A DNA stretch of 64,000 bases from Candidatus Hydrogenedentota bacterium (GCA_963745075.1 CAVUWV010000010.1:64001-128000), one strand, 5' to 3'; shown: positions 18,881-28,768, counted from the first letter of the stretch. Notes: generated by a model not told the origin, from the letters alone. Translations and numbers: made by a program.

Positions 18881-21484
18881 TCAAACCGCGCTCATCGCCG
18901 GCAACAGCGCCACCTCCGCCGGCCGCAGATCCAACACGAACCCCCGCTTTGGAACCGTCCGCACCAGACTCGCCCGGTGCGGCGCCACTTCCTTGATGCC
19001 CGCCAGCAAGCGTCGCTTCTGGAAATGCATCTGGTTCTGTTCGACCACCGTCTCGCCCCAAATCTCTTCATAGATCGTGTCGTAAGGGATGCACTCGCCC
19101 GGCGCGCCCGCCAAGGCCCGCACCAAGCGGAACTGTTTGTCCTGGAGTTTCACCCGCTTGCCTTCGACCACGATCTCGTTCGGACGCCGGTCGTCGACGA
19201 CAAGGACCGGCAGGGAGGAGGGTGGGCTTGGTACCTCCCTGCCGGGCGGGTTTCCTTGTTCGTCGTTGTTCCGCAGCCCCCACGATTTCAGCTCATGAGC
19301 CGTGGCCGCCGGGACCCATTGGTCGAGGAGGTGGGTGGGTGTCCCGGCCAGCGCGGACGGTGAGTGGAGCCCATGCGCTTCCAAAGCGATGATGGCGCTG
19401 CGTTCCAGGCCCGGTAAGCGGAGCCGGGCCAGTTTGATACCCTCGTCGCGTAAACCATGTTGTACACGTTCCGCGAGCTGGGCGATGCGGTCGATAAAAT
19501 CCTCTTGCGCCCCAAACGCGACGGCCAATGCCGCAGTCGCGTCAATTATCCATGACACCTGCTCCGCTGCGGACACGATTTGCCCCAGCAGGGTGTGGTA
19601 CTTCTCTTCAATGTCGTATATCGATGACTCGTCGATCCAGTCCGCCAGAAACAGCCCGATCTTGATGGCCCGGACTTCCTCAAAAAACGGCATCAAACTG
19701 CTGTTCCGCAGCCGGTTCAGAGGCACATCCGCCTCGGAATCCTCGTCCAGGGTCAGCCGCTTCAGGATGCCGGGGTAATCCGCCCGGTCATATTCGCGAA
19801 CGTCAGGGTGACCTGGAGCATGCGCCCGTCCGGCGTCAAGGCCGCGGCGAGGATGAGGTCCAAGTCGCTCCAGATGCGCGTTTCCGACTCGTGGAGCCAG
19901 TGGGCCAGGTCCTGGGCGGTGGCGATGGAAATGCCCTTCGACGCGACGGCCTGTCCCAAGGGCGTCGCCGCCAACCGGCCTTCGCCGTCCCGGGTGATCA
20001 TGCCGGTATCGATGGCCCGGTTGACCGCCGCGCGAACACGAAACTCGGTTTCCTCCAAGGGCACCGACTCCGCCCAAATCCAGGTGCCGGTCAGGGTTTT
20101 TTCGAAGAAGGCGTGCAACTCGCTCTCCGTCAGACAGGACCGCGATGCCACCAGCCGCAGCACGTGGTTCTCCAACGGCTCCTTTGCCAGCCGCGGTTCG
20201 ACCTTCTCCCGTTCGCCGTCGACGTAACGCCGCCACAACGTCGTCTCGTCGTATTGCGTCACGGCAATGAGGATGGACCGCCCGAAGGGGATGCCCGACC
20301 CGTACCGCCCCGCGCGGCCGCCCATGTTCTCGTATTCCGACCGCAGGATCGGCGTCTTCCACGGCATGCCGAACCGGTTGTCGTACATCCATTTGTCCGC
20401 CGCGATAAACACGTTCTGCGCCGGCAGGTTCATGCCCACCGCCAGCGTGCTCGTCGAGATCAGCGCCTTCACCTCGCCCGCGCGGAACGCCTCCTCCACG
20501 ATGCGCCGTTCCTCGCCGGAGAGGTCCGCGCTGTGAAAGGCCACGCCCACGGACAGCGTATCCATCAGGCAGTCCCGGCAATGCGTCGTCTCCACCTTGC
20601 GCAACGCCTCGATGCCCCGCTCCGCCGCGGACTCGTGCACCCGCCCCGCCAGCAACTCGGCCCCGCGCCGCGCCTCGTGCTTCGCCTTCACGAACACGAG
20701 ACAGTTCTCGCCCCGCTCCACGAAGGCGCACAGGTTCTCCGTCAGGATCTCCCAACTCGAATCGGAATGCCCGCCCACGAGCCGCTCTTCGCGCCTGGCT
20801 GTACTCGTTGTAGGTGCGGTATTTGAACACCCCCTCGTGCAACACCCCGAACCGCAGCTCCACCGGCCGCCGCTCGTGCAACGCCAGGTCCGCCTTCATC
20901 CACTGCGCCAGCTTGTCCGCCTGCCCGATGACCGCCGACAACCCGATCATCCGGCACTTCGTCTGGAGGATACGCGTCAGCAGCAGCTCCACCTGCGCGC
21001 CCCGGTCCGGGTCCGACAGGATCTCCAGTTCGTCCGCGATGAGCAGCTCGACCTCTTCCAGCCGCTCCGGCCGCCGCACCAGCAACTGCGCCAGCTTCTC
21101 GTACACCACCACCGCAATCGAAAAGTTGCCCGCCTCGAGCCGCCCGTCAAACTCCCGCCGGTCCCGCGTCGAAATGATGACCTCGATCCCGTACGGCGCA
21201 TACTTCTCCCGGAAATCGACGAATTTTTCCTCCGCCAGCGCCTTCAACGGCACCACATAGATGACCTTTTTCCGCCGCAACGCCGTCTGGATCGCCGCCA
21301 TCTCCCCGATAAAGGTCTTCCCCGAACTCGTCGGCGCCTGCAACAGCAAGTTCCCGCCCTCAAACAGGTTATGCCGTTTCACCGCCATCTCCTGCAGCGG
21401 CAGCAACACCTCGCTCTCCCGTTTCTGCCACAAACAAATGATTTCCGGCGGAATGTCGTACCGAAGCAACTCCGTCATCTTCAT
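18881..21484 (-). CDS. Ski2/Hel308-like SF2 helicase with C-terminal OmpR-type winged helix; two compensating frameshifts (about 20795 and 19800)
   Basis: Q motif LLPLQ, APTSSGKT, PLKALA, DELE, LSA; motifs IV-VI (LVFV, STSTLAVGMNLP, MGGRAGR) lie in ORF 19762-20778; C-terminal IWGE...RLLA...VRTVPKRGFVL. Confidence 0.85.
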   Translation of the reverse strand: MKMTELLRYDIPPEIICLWQKRESEVLLPLQEMAVKRHNLFEGGNLLLQAPTSSGKTFIGEMAAIQTALRRKKVIYVVPLKALAEEKFVDFREKYAPYGIEVIISTRDRREFDGRLEAGNFSIAVVVYEKLAQLLVRRPERLEEVELLIADELEILSDPDRGAQVELLLTRILQTKCRMIGLSAVIGQADKLAQWMKADLALHERRPVELRFGVLHEGVFKYRTYNEYSQARRAARGRAFRFELGDPDGEPVRLRGAGRELSRVREGEARGAARGRVAGGAGARVRGGAGHRGVAQGGDDALPGLPDGYAVRGRGLSQRGPLRRGTAHRGGGVPRGRGEGADLDEHAGGGHEPAGAERVYRGGQMDVRQPVRHAVEDADPAVGIREHGRPRGAVRVGHPLRAVHPHCRDAIRRDDVVAALRRRRTGEGRTAAGKGAVGEPRAAAGGIAVLSDGERVARLLRKNPDRHLDLGGVGALGGNRVSCSRGGQPGHRYRHDHPGRRRPVGGDALGTGRRVEGHFHRHRPGPGPLAPRVGNAHLERLGPHPRRGLDAGRAHAPGHPDVREYDRADYPGILKRLTLDEDSEADVPLNRLRNSSLMPFFEEVRAIKIGLFLADWIDESSIYDIEEKYHTLLGQIVSAAEQVSWIIDATAALAVAFGAQEDFIDRIAQLAERVQHGLRDEGIKLARLRLPGLERSAIIALEAHGLHSPSALAGTPTHLLDQWVPAATAHELKSWGLRNNDEQGNPPGREVPSPPSSLPVLVVDDRRPNEIVVEGKRVKLQDKQFRLVRALAGAPGECIPYDTIYEEIWGETVVEQNQMHFQKRRLLAGIKEVAPHRASLVRTVPKRGFVLDLRPAEVALLPAMSAV

Positions 21485-21558
21485 CGCACAACGCCTCCAA
21501 CGGCCAAAATCGCAACCCCGGCCCAAGCCCGAGAACGGGCTCGGCCATCACAAAGGGT

Positions 21559-21587
21559 AGTATACTGAATAAAAATTCAGTTGTCAA
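21559..21587 (-). promoter_or_regulatory. Sigma70 promoter of the helicase with a palindromic operator in the spacer
   Basis: Minus strand TTGACA-N17-TATACT; perfect 7-bp inverted repeat ACTGAAT-AAAA-ATTCAGT at 21564-21581. Confidence 0.8.
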
Positions 21588-21588
21588 G

Positions 21589-21703
21589 ATGTAGCGCAGG
21601 CGTCCCCGCCTGCAAGTGCGAAGGGTTACTTCAGCCTGATCGCCGACTACTTCCGAAGATGAGTTTGTAGCGAAGAATGCAGGCGGGGACGCCTGCGCTA
21701 CAT
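21589..21703. repeat. REP doublet (REPIN) 1, GTAG family
   Basis: GTAGCGCAGGCGTCCCCGCCTGCA at 21591-21614 and its reverse complement at 21678-21701. Confidence 0.9.
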
Positions 21704-22408
21704 TCATTCCGACCTTGGTTTGGCGAATACGCTGCTCAAGGGCCAGTCTTCTGGTCGACTGCAAAGACCGGCCTTCACGGGGTTCCGAATAGTATAGTCA
21801 CAGCGCCTGACCAACTCTGCGTCGTCCCGGATCAGCCGATCATAAGACTCGCGTTGCCAAAAAGGACGGCCTTTAGGAATTGGCGGGCGAGACGCCTGCG
21901 CTAAGTTTTGCACTTCATGCGCCGTGAACGATTTCCAACTGTGAAGAATGTCTTCCAGTGCGTGCCGCTGTTGAGGAGTTGCAACCACGTGCACGTGATT
22001 GCTCATCACAACCCAGGCGTGCAATACGTAGCGCTCCCGGTCAAAGTGCATGAGCGCGTCCACAACCATGCTGCCGACCTCGGGATACTTCAACCAGCAC
22101 TTCCCGTCGCCCGAATCGAGATACGACTCGATCCGTTCTTCGTAAAGTTCCCGAAGACGCTCCTTCTCGGCTTTAGGTAGAGTCCGGCCAGCTTGTTTTG
22201 CCCGTTTCTCAATCCCCTCGCGCTCGGCACGCACACTCGCCAGCACCTCCATGGGCAATGCGTCTGCAAGACGAAACGTGACAAAGTACGTGCCGCCGTC
22301 CGCACGGAGGTGAGGAAGATACCCCCGGCTTTGCCAACCCGTGCGAAGCGCTGCAACCGGCGCAATTCGGTGTTCACTATCTTCGGTAGGCAATTCACTC
22401 ACATCCAC
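21704..22408 (-). mobile_element. REP-associated tyrosine transposase (RAYT, Y1 HUH family)
   Basis: YLPH...YFVTFRL, VMSNHVH (HUH), WKSFTA, FWQRESYDRLIRD, Y-x-x-x-NPVKAGL...DWPLSS; REP doublets on both sides. Confidence 0.92.
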
Positions 22409-22416
22409 TTCCCGTC

Positions 22417-22534
22417 AATGTAGCGCAGGCGTCCCCGCCTGCATTCTTTGGCTGGTTGCCGGTCATCCATAGTACTCCGCCGTCAGACCGAGAATACCGT
22501 ATGCACTTGCAGGCGAGGACGCCTGCGCTACATT
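22417..22534. repeat. REP doublet (REPIN) 2, inverted relative to doublet 1
   Basis: GTAGCGCAGGCGTCCCCGCCTGCA at 22420-22443 and a reverse-complement copy with one mismatch at 22508-22531. Confidence 0.9.
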
Positions 22535-22625
22535 GGCCGGAAGTAGATGTAGTTGGTGCGATTGACGGACAGATCGGGGCTTCTTCAATGCGCTTAGCAC
22601 ATCGCATGGTTGGCGACTGCTCCGA

Positions 22626-23114
22626 TCACGAAATCCAGTGCATAGTGTCGTTGGTCACGGTCCATTTTCCGCTCGTCCACTCGACCCGATAGGTGTTGCC
22701 GGAGGCACTCAATCCGGCTTCGTAGTAACCTCCTTCCACGTCCACCGTGCGTTCGTCAATCCATTGAATCGCTCCGACCTTCAAGATCAGCCCACGTCCA
22801 CCGTGGTCCTTGTGCGAAACTCCCTCAGACGGAGAAGCGGTTGCTTTAGAGACCGGTAGAACTGTCGGAGAATGCCCGTCGAACCGGGCCATGAATTCGG
22901 GTGTCGCACCTTCGGGGCCGAGATCGAGGAAGTAGTAGTCGACGCTCTGCTGCCCCCCCGACTTATTGTGCTTGAACTGATAGCGGAAGACCGCCTCGCG
23001 AATGTCGTTCTCGGCCGCCGACGGATTTGGTTCATGGGGAATCTCACGTTGACACGAAACCGCCAAAATGCCGGCGATTATCAGTGACAAGAAGATTAAT
23101 CGAGCGAATGACAT
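22626..23114 (-). CDS. Hypothetical lipoprotein (paralog of 27777-28289)
   Basis: Lipobox-like LAVSC; shares DIREAVF-x-YQF-x-HN and GGY-x-EAGLSASGNTYRV with the paralog. Confidence 0.75.
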   Translation of the reverse strand: MSFARLIFLSLIIAGILAVSCQREIPHEPNPSAAENDIREAVFRYQFKHNKSGGQQSVDYYFLDLGPEGATPEFMARFDGHSPTVLPVSKATASPSEGVSHKDHGGRGLILKVGAIQWIDERTVDVEGGYYEAGLSASGNTYRVEWTSGKWTVTNDTMHWIS

Positions 23115-23142
23115 CTATCAGCTCTCCTCAACAAATCCGGCT

Positions 23143-23468
23143 CTATATCGCGCGATCCTTCACCCGTCCCGGAAGGCCGCGAATCTCCCTCCAGTACTCT
23201 TCGCGTACGTCCTCGTCAATCTCGACGCGCCCGCCGCCGGCCCAGTGGCGGTCCTGGCCATTCTTCTTGGGACCGGAGAGCCAGTATTCATCCCCGGTAT
23301 TGACGTCGTAATAGTTTACGCAAACACCGTGGCAACGTTATAACTCGATCTTTCGGTACCGGATAGTCTTGCCGGTCTTCGAGAACGTGACCCGTCCAAC
23401 CCGCGCGGGCCCCGATCATTGTGTCCATCGCCAGATTTCAGTTCGATGTACATGATACGGGTTTTCAT
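23143..23468 (-). pseudogene. Disrupted small conserved hypothetical gene (about 108 aa)
   Basis: Reconstructed as MKTRIMYIELKSGDGHNDRGP/ARVGRVTFSKTGKTIRYRKIEL*RCHGVCVNYYDVNTGDEYWLSGPKKNGQDRHWAGGGRVEIDEDVREEYWREIR; frameshift near 23408 and in-frame TAA at 23338-23340. Confidence 0.7.
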
Positions 23469-23836
23469 GGTGCGTGCTTCCGGGAAAACGATTCCGTAAT
23501 CCAGCCATCGCGAAGCCGAGTAACAAACCTGCAATGTGTTCCATCGGACTCGTAATAGAACAATTCAAGGAGCGACGCGTCGCCGCCATCAGGGTAGGTC
23601 AAGGGCAGTTCATCCAGCGAACGCGGATACTCGCCACCCTCGGGCACCGCACGGAGGAGCGATTCGATCTCGCCTAGGAGCGCGGCCTGTGCGGAATGCT
23701 GCGCCAACGCATCCGCTTCTTGAAGCTCAGTCTGCACCCAGCGGCCCACTTGAAAGGCAACGACTGTGAGCACGGCCACGAGCAATAGCTTCACCACGAT
23801 CCCCCGTGTCCGACGTTTCTCACGCACATCACTCAT
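23465..23836 (-). CDS. Hypothetical membrane-anchored protein
   Basis: Basic N-terminus, one TM, YPRSLDEL motif; ATGA overlap with the downstream gene. Confidence 0.55.
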   Translation of the reverse strand: MSDVREKRRTRGIVVKLLLVAVLTVVAFQVGRWVQTELQEADALAQHSAQAALLGEIESLLRAVPEGGEYPRSLDELPLTYPDGGDASLLELFYYESDGTHCRFVTRLRDGWITESFSRKHAP

Positions 23837-24003
23837 GCCGCCATCTTCTCGTCTCGATTTGTGTGGCAATCCCAAGGATTGCAGTATATACCTGCAATTG
23901 TCTTTCGACAACGCCAAAACCGCGTGCGCAGCGACGGACACGAAGAAGAGACCAGTGAGAAAGACCTGGGGAGGGGGGTGAGTCTTCGCGGCTTTTCTTT
24001 CTT

Positions 24004-24026
24004 GTGGCGCGGGCGTCCTCGCCTGC
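24004..24026 (+). repeat. Degenerate solo GTAG-family REP
   Basis: GTGGCGCGGGCGTCCTCGCCTGC. Confidence 0.65.
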
Positions 24027-24126
24027 GTCAACCCTCGGAGGATGTGCAGCCGAGACAGCCGCACCGCAATTGGCTCCAAACGTCCAAGGTTTTTCGTCCA
24101 ATCCTCAATTGCCAATGCAACGCCCT

Positions 24127-24397
24127 GGTCTATATCTATAGGGACAACTCCGCCCATGCCAAACTACACCGAACGCGGCCGTCATCCTCGTCCTCGTCCT
24201 CGCGAAAGCGGGGAACCGGGGAACCCGAGGGCTCCCCACCCGCGCGAACATGCCCGGTACACCCCCTTGAATCGTCAAAATACAGAGGGGGGTGCATCCC
24301 CACCGCTCCAATCACCGGACGCCGGCCCCATCCCGTTGCAAGTCCCTGCCGTCCATATCTATAAGGAGGACTCCGCCCATGACCAACACCACCGAAC
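24127..24397 (+). repeat. Two copies (24127-24217, 24351-24397) of a dispersed repeat also present at 39124-39201
   Basis: Shared core GTCYATATCTAYARGGASRAYTCYGSCCATG...CACC. Confidence 0.7.
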
Positions 24398-24719
24398 ACC
24401 TCCCGCCAAGCCGGGGCACCCCCCCTTGTTCCGTCAAAAGAGAAAAGGAAGGGGGGGTGACGTCAGACGGGTGTCTCATCGCGCGGACCGACGGGAGGCA
24501 AGCCACAATACGACGGGCGTCTCGACCCCCGGAACTGGGAGATGAACATCAGAAAACGCGCGAAGCATGGCGTGCAATGCAGCCAAATGGCGGAAAGGAT
24601 TGCGCGACTTTTTGCGTTCTTTGTGTTCCTTGCGGTGGGAGTTTGGTTTTGTTTGTGGACGGATTCTTGCGAATCCGTATCGGTTCGCCAGGCTGTCCCC
24701 CCTTTCGCGAGGATGACGG
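24179..24719. repeat. Inverted pair of CGTC-tagged palindromic repeats
   Basis: CCGTCATCCTCG(TCCTCG)2CGAAAGCGGGGA at 24179-24214 versus reverse complement CCGTCATCCTCGCGAAAGGGGGGA at 24696-24719. Confidence 0.6.
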
Positions 24720-24844
24720 TATGGGGTGCGGACGGCGCGAAGCCAAGCGCGGGATGCAGCCAAACGGCGGCCGTCGAGTATTATGACCGTATCGTCTAAT
24801 TTGGGGCTGATTCCGCACTGTACACAACCGTGAGGGACCTTGCC

Positions 24845-25177
24845 ATGAAGCGAATTGCCGTTGCGACGATTTGCGCCGTCCCAATTACCGTAATGTCGTT
24901 AGTGCTAACCTCCTGCGACCCGATGTACCGCTTCAAGTTCACCCGCTTCGCTTTTGTTTCGGACATGTTGGCCGGGAATCCGACCAAAGTCGATCACGTC
25001 AAGGAAGGGGACCTTGAAGTTAGACGTGTGGCACGGCCGCCCCCGGCTGTGGTCTTTGTACCAATCCCCCTAACCAGTAGCCGCGTACCGGATCAGCAAG
25101 CTGCTCCGCTTCTCCGGGATGCGCAGCGTAATCCCATTGCGCCAATTCCGCGCCGGTGTGGGTTTCGGTCGTGGTAG
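24845..25177 (+). CDS. Possible truncated lipoprotein gene
   Basis: GAGGGA RBS, MKRIAV...LVLTSC-DP lipobox; the frame runs into the 3' end of the convergent GH36 gene. Confidence 0.3.
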   Translation: MKRIAVATICAVPITVMSLVLTSCDPMYRFKFTRFAFVSDMLAGNPTKVDHVKEGDLEVRRVARPPPAVVFVPIPLTSSRVPDQQAAPLLRDAQRNPIAPIPRRCGFRSW

Positions 25178-27611
25178 TGCCGGACTCGTCGATGATGTCG
25201 ACGCGGTAGTGGGTATCGGCGTGCAGACCGTTCAGTCCCAGCACGAGGCCCAGGTATTCGCAGTCCCTGTGACGGAAGGCCAGCACGATCCCCGCGTCGA
25301 GGTCGGGACGGTGCAGTTGATACGCCATGAACTGGTCGGGGGCGGTCGAAGCCGGGGTGAGCGGGTAGAAATCGCCGTACCAATACGGGCCGTTGATATG
25401 CGCTTCGTTGATGAGCGCCTCCGCGCGGTCCATGGGAAAATCCGGATCGAGATAGGCGAACTGACAGAGCAACCCGCCCGTCCCGGCGCTCCGGGCTTCG
25501 TACGCCTCAGGCGTCCACACGCAGGCCGTGTTTAGCGGCACGTACGTGCAGAGCGCCGCCGACTGCAACTGGTTCCAATCCGGATGGCCGGGCGAACAGT
25601 TCGTATCGCTGCGCCACAACGGCACCGACCGCGAGCACATCTCGATGTCGATGCGCCGTCCGCCGCTGCTGCAATTGTCGATGAGCAGACCGGGATGCCG
25701 CGCGAGGAGTTCGTCCCACATGGTGTACAAGCCTTCCACGTAGCGGATTTCCGAAATGCCTTGCCGGTCCGGCGCGTCGTTCTTCTGCCAGTAGGAGAGG
25801 GGGTCCATATTGAAATCGTTGCGGTAGAGCGTCACGCCGTATTCCGTGATCCGTTGCGACAGCAGGTCCGTCAGCCAACGCCGCGCCGCCGGGTCGCCGA
25901 GATTGAACAGGCCGCCGCCTTTGCCGCCGAGCACGAACTCGGGATGCTCCTCGGCGATCTGCGTGCCCGGTGCGACTCGTTCCGGCTCAAACCACAGGAT
26001 GAAGCGCATGCCGTTGTTCCGGCACGCGTCGCCCACAGGTTTCAGGCCGTTCGGGAACGCGTCCGGTTTGCAGTACCAATTGCCCACGCCGTTCGGGAAG
26101 TTGCCGGGGAACCACGCCGCGTCAAACCAGTACGTATCGCAGCCCAGTATATTGGCCGCGCTCACCGCGTCGAGCTGTCCCGCTTCCGTGGCCCAACCCG
26201 GCCGGGCGTTGTAGCGATCGAAAGTCTGCAACGCGACCGGCAGGCGCGCGGGTGAGCCGTCTTGCGAGGGAAAATACTTGAACAGCACCAAGCGGCGGAA
26301 CTGGTTGTGTGCCCGCCGCCGGTCGCCTTCCCAGGGCAGCAACACGATGCGCGGCGTGCGGACCGTCTCGCCGGGGTGCAGCAGGAAATGCGTGTGTTCC
26401 ATCCCCGCGCGGAACCGGGTCGGACCGTTTTCGGCGCGGTCGAACTGCGCGGCCCATTGGCCGGTCCACCCGATGGCGGCGATGATGCCACGGCCTTCGT
26501 ACTCGAAATTGAAGAAGGGGAAGGCACTGATCGACGAGGGCCGTCCGCCCGTCGGGGCCAGGTGCAGCGCTTGGCCCGCGTCCAATGCGGAGTCCTTCGG
26601 CTGGAACGTGTGCTCACCGCAGGCGTCGCCCTCCAGTTCGTGCAGGACCGGCGCGTGGCGCATGTAGCCGGTCCGCAGCCGCGTGTCGAGGGCCTGGATG
26701 TCCTCGATGATCGGCGTGTCCTGGGCGCCGGTGTTTTCAAAGGTGAGCACCCAGTCCACTGCGGGGTATCGGTCATACGTGGTCACCACTGCCGTTACGC
26801 GGAGCCCGGTCGCAGGGTCGGTCCAGCTGACATGGTCCACCCGGCGGTCGGGGAGGGTCTGCGTCTCCGATTCGCGCGTCCAGGTCTTCAGGAAGTCGCG
26901 TGAATCCGCGCCGCCGTACTGGAACGAAAACGGCGGTTCGCGATCGAGAAAGAGCAGGCGGCTCTGGTGGTCGTCGAGGTAGCGCACGGAACCGTCGCCC
27001 ATGACGAACCGCGCATCCGCCCAATCGGCCTGGTCGTGACTGGCCCCGTCTTCCGTCGTGTCGACTTTCAAGACGATCCGGTCGACGCCCTCCGATAGGG
27101 GCACATCCACCGCGACGGCCTCGTCCTTCCCCGTCAGGGTCGCGCTGTGAAAGACTTCTTTGCCCGCGACCTCCACACTGAACTGGACACTGCCGCGCAT
27201 GCCTTGCGTGTCGTCGTTGTTATCGATGCCCACCGACGCCTGGAACTTGGTCGCGCCGGCCGGCACCGACACGACGATTTCGCTGTTGGCGTGCGTGCCA
27301 AGCCCGTGGTCGAAGGCTTGCGAGCCGACCCGAATGGGCGTCTCGATGCATGACCGGCCGTAGCCCAGCACGCTGTGGTCCTGCCGCACGACGTCGATAC
27401 GTATCGGAGCGTCCTCGCCCTCGGGATAGACATCCCGAAACGCCGCCGCTACCCAATCCTGCACGTCGGCGACTTCGGCATCCGTTGCCGTGACCGCGTC
27501 GTCATACTCCGCCGTGGGCAAGGGTGCGATTATGTCGTCACAAAGCCCCGCGAAGGGGTACCCAAGGAACAGTACCAAGGAAAGGACGGCGGTGGACGGA
27601 AATCTGGACAT
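25070..27611 (-). CDS. Secreted GH36 alpha-galactosidase with NPCBM/NEW2 domain; likely frameshift near 25140
   Basis: Signal peptide; GLGTHANS...DQADWAD (NPCBM); WFDAAW, FPNGL, LWFEPE, RNDFN, DNCSSGGRRID, WRSD (GH36); shifted frame ends GITLRIPEKRSSLLIRYAATG*. Confidence 0.88.
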
Positions 27612-27776
27612 GGCGATGAATCCCCTCGTTGCGCGAATGTGCCCGATCACAGTGTTTGGAATCGTACCCGGCACAAGCTTAGCGTGTAGCCACACGCCAC
27701 GCAATGCGCCTAGTTACGTTGGGAATTTCAGTCCGATTGGAGGGGACACGGAATCACGCAGTTGGGAACATCGCAT

Positions 27777-28289
27777 TTATGCAATCCAATTCATCGTATC
27801 CTTCGTTACCACCCATTCTCCGTTCCGGCGTTTGACCCGGTACGTATTGCCGGAGGCGCTCAATCCGGCTTCGAAGTAGCCACCCGTAACCTTGGCCGCG
27901 TTCTCGCTAGTCCAATGGATGTCATCAACGTTGAAAAAGAGTCCTTTCCCGCCGAGCGACTTGTGGGTAACCCCGTCCGGCGAATTTATCGCAAGGGACC
28001 CGGGGAGGACCGGGGGTGAGTGACCTTTGAATCGGGCCATCAACTCCGGTGACGGGTCCTGTCCGTCGCCGAGTGCCAGGAAATAATAATCAGCCTTTTG
28101 CTGAATCGCCGATGCATTGTGTTCAAACTGATAGCAAAACACGGCTTCCCGAATGTCGTCTTCGGCGAGCGCGCGGGTCTGTGAATTGAGGACACCGTGC
28201 TGGCACGACGTCAAGGAAAGACCCCAAAAGAGCGCTACGAAAGTCAGTTGTGTCGCGAGGCTATGTCCGCACATCGTTCGGCGAGCCAT
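27777..28289 (-). CDS. Hypothetical lipoprotein (paralog of 22626-23114)
   Basis: Lipobox-like SLTSC; aligns along its length with the paralog. Confidence 0.75.
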   Translation of the reverse strand: MARRTMCGHSLATQLTFVALFWGLSLTSCQHGVLNSQTRALAEDDIREAVFCYQFEHNASAIQQKADYYFLALGDGQDPSPELMARFKGHSPPVLPGSLAINSPDGVTHKSLGGKGLFFNVDDIHWTSENAAKVTGGYFEAGLSASGNTYRVKRRNGEWVVTKDTMNWIA

Positions 28290-28351
28290 TGATCCTTCTC
28301 CGTAAACAACGCCCACACGACACGATCCATTACGCGGACCTTAAGTTCCAC

Positions 28352-28549
28352 TCAACCCTCTTCAATGGCTTTGAGAATTTGTTTGATGACCTTTGGATGG
28401 AGGTCCCGACCGGCGTGAAAGGGAATGATACACCTGCGCTGACCCTTGCGGTAGATGCGGTGACTGCCTTTCGTGCGGATGAGTTCAAAGCCGGAATTGA
28501 GAAGCAGCGCTTCGGCTTCGGACGCGGTGAGCCTGGGAACTTTCGGCAC
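28352..28549 (-). CDS. hicA: HicA mRNA-interferase toxin
   Basis: GF...KGSH...IP-x-H...IL; 65 aa, basic. Confidence 0.9.
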   Translation of the reverse strand: MPKVPRLTASEAEALLLNSGFELIRTKGSHRIYRKGQRRCIIPFHAGRDLHPKVIKQILKAIEEG

Positions 28550-28552
28550 GCG

Positions 28553-28768
28553 CTACACCTCGACGGCGACGGTGATGACTTCCTTACTGAGACAGTCCGT
28601 GCGCTCATCGTCATCCAGCGTTTCCAGGTACAACTGTGCCGCCTCACGGGCGTTCGTCAACGCCTCCTCAAAGGTATCCCCTTGCGTGTGGCACCCGGGC
28701 AGATCGGGGCAGTATGCGAAGTAGCCGTGGTCATCGCGCTCGATTACGACATTTACCTTGGTGGACAT
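28553..28768 (-). CDS. hicB: HicB antitoxin, short form with no DNA-binding domain
   Basis: VVIERDDHGYFAYCPDLPGCHTQGDTFEEAL-x-N-x-REA. Confidence 0.9.
   Translation of the reverse strand: MSTKVNVVIERDDHGYFAYCPDLPGCHTQGDTFEEALTNAREAAQLYLETLDDDERTDCLSKEVITVAVEV

Noticed and set aside
18881..21484. Complete Hachiman or other named defence system
   Set aside because: No HamA-like or nuclease partner adjacent
21589..22534. CRISPR array
   Set aside because: Repeats are inverted pairs flanking a Y1 transposase, not direct repeats with regular spacers; no cas genes
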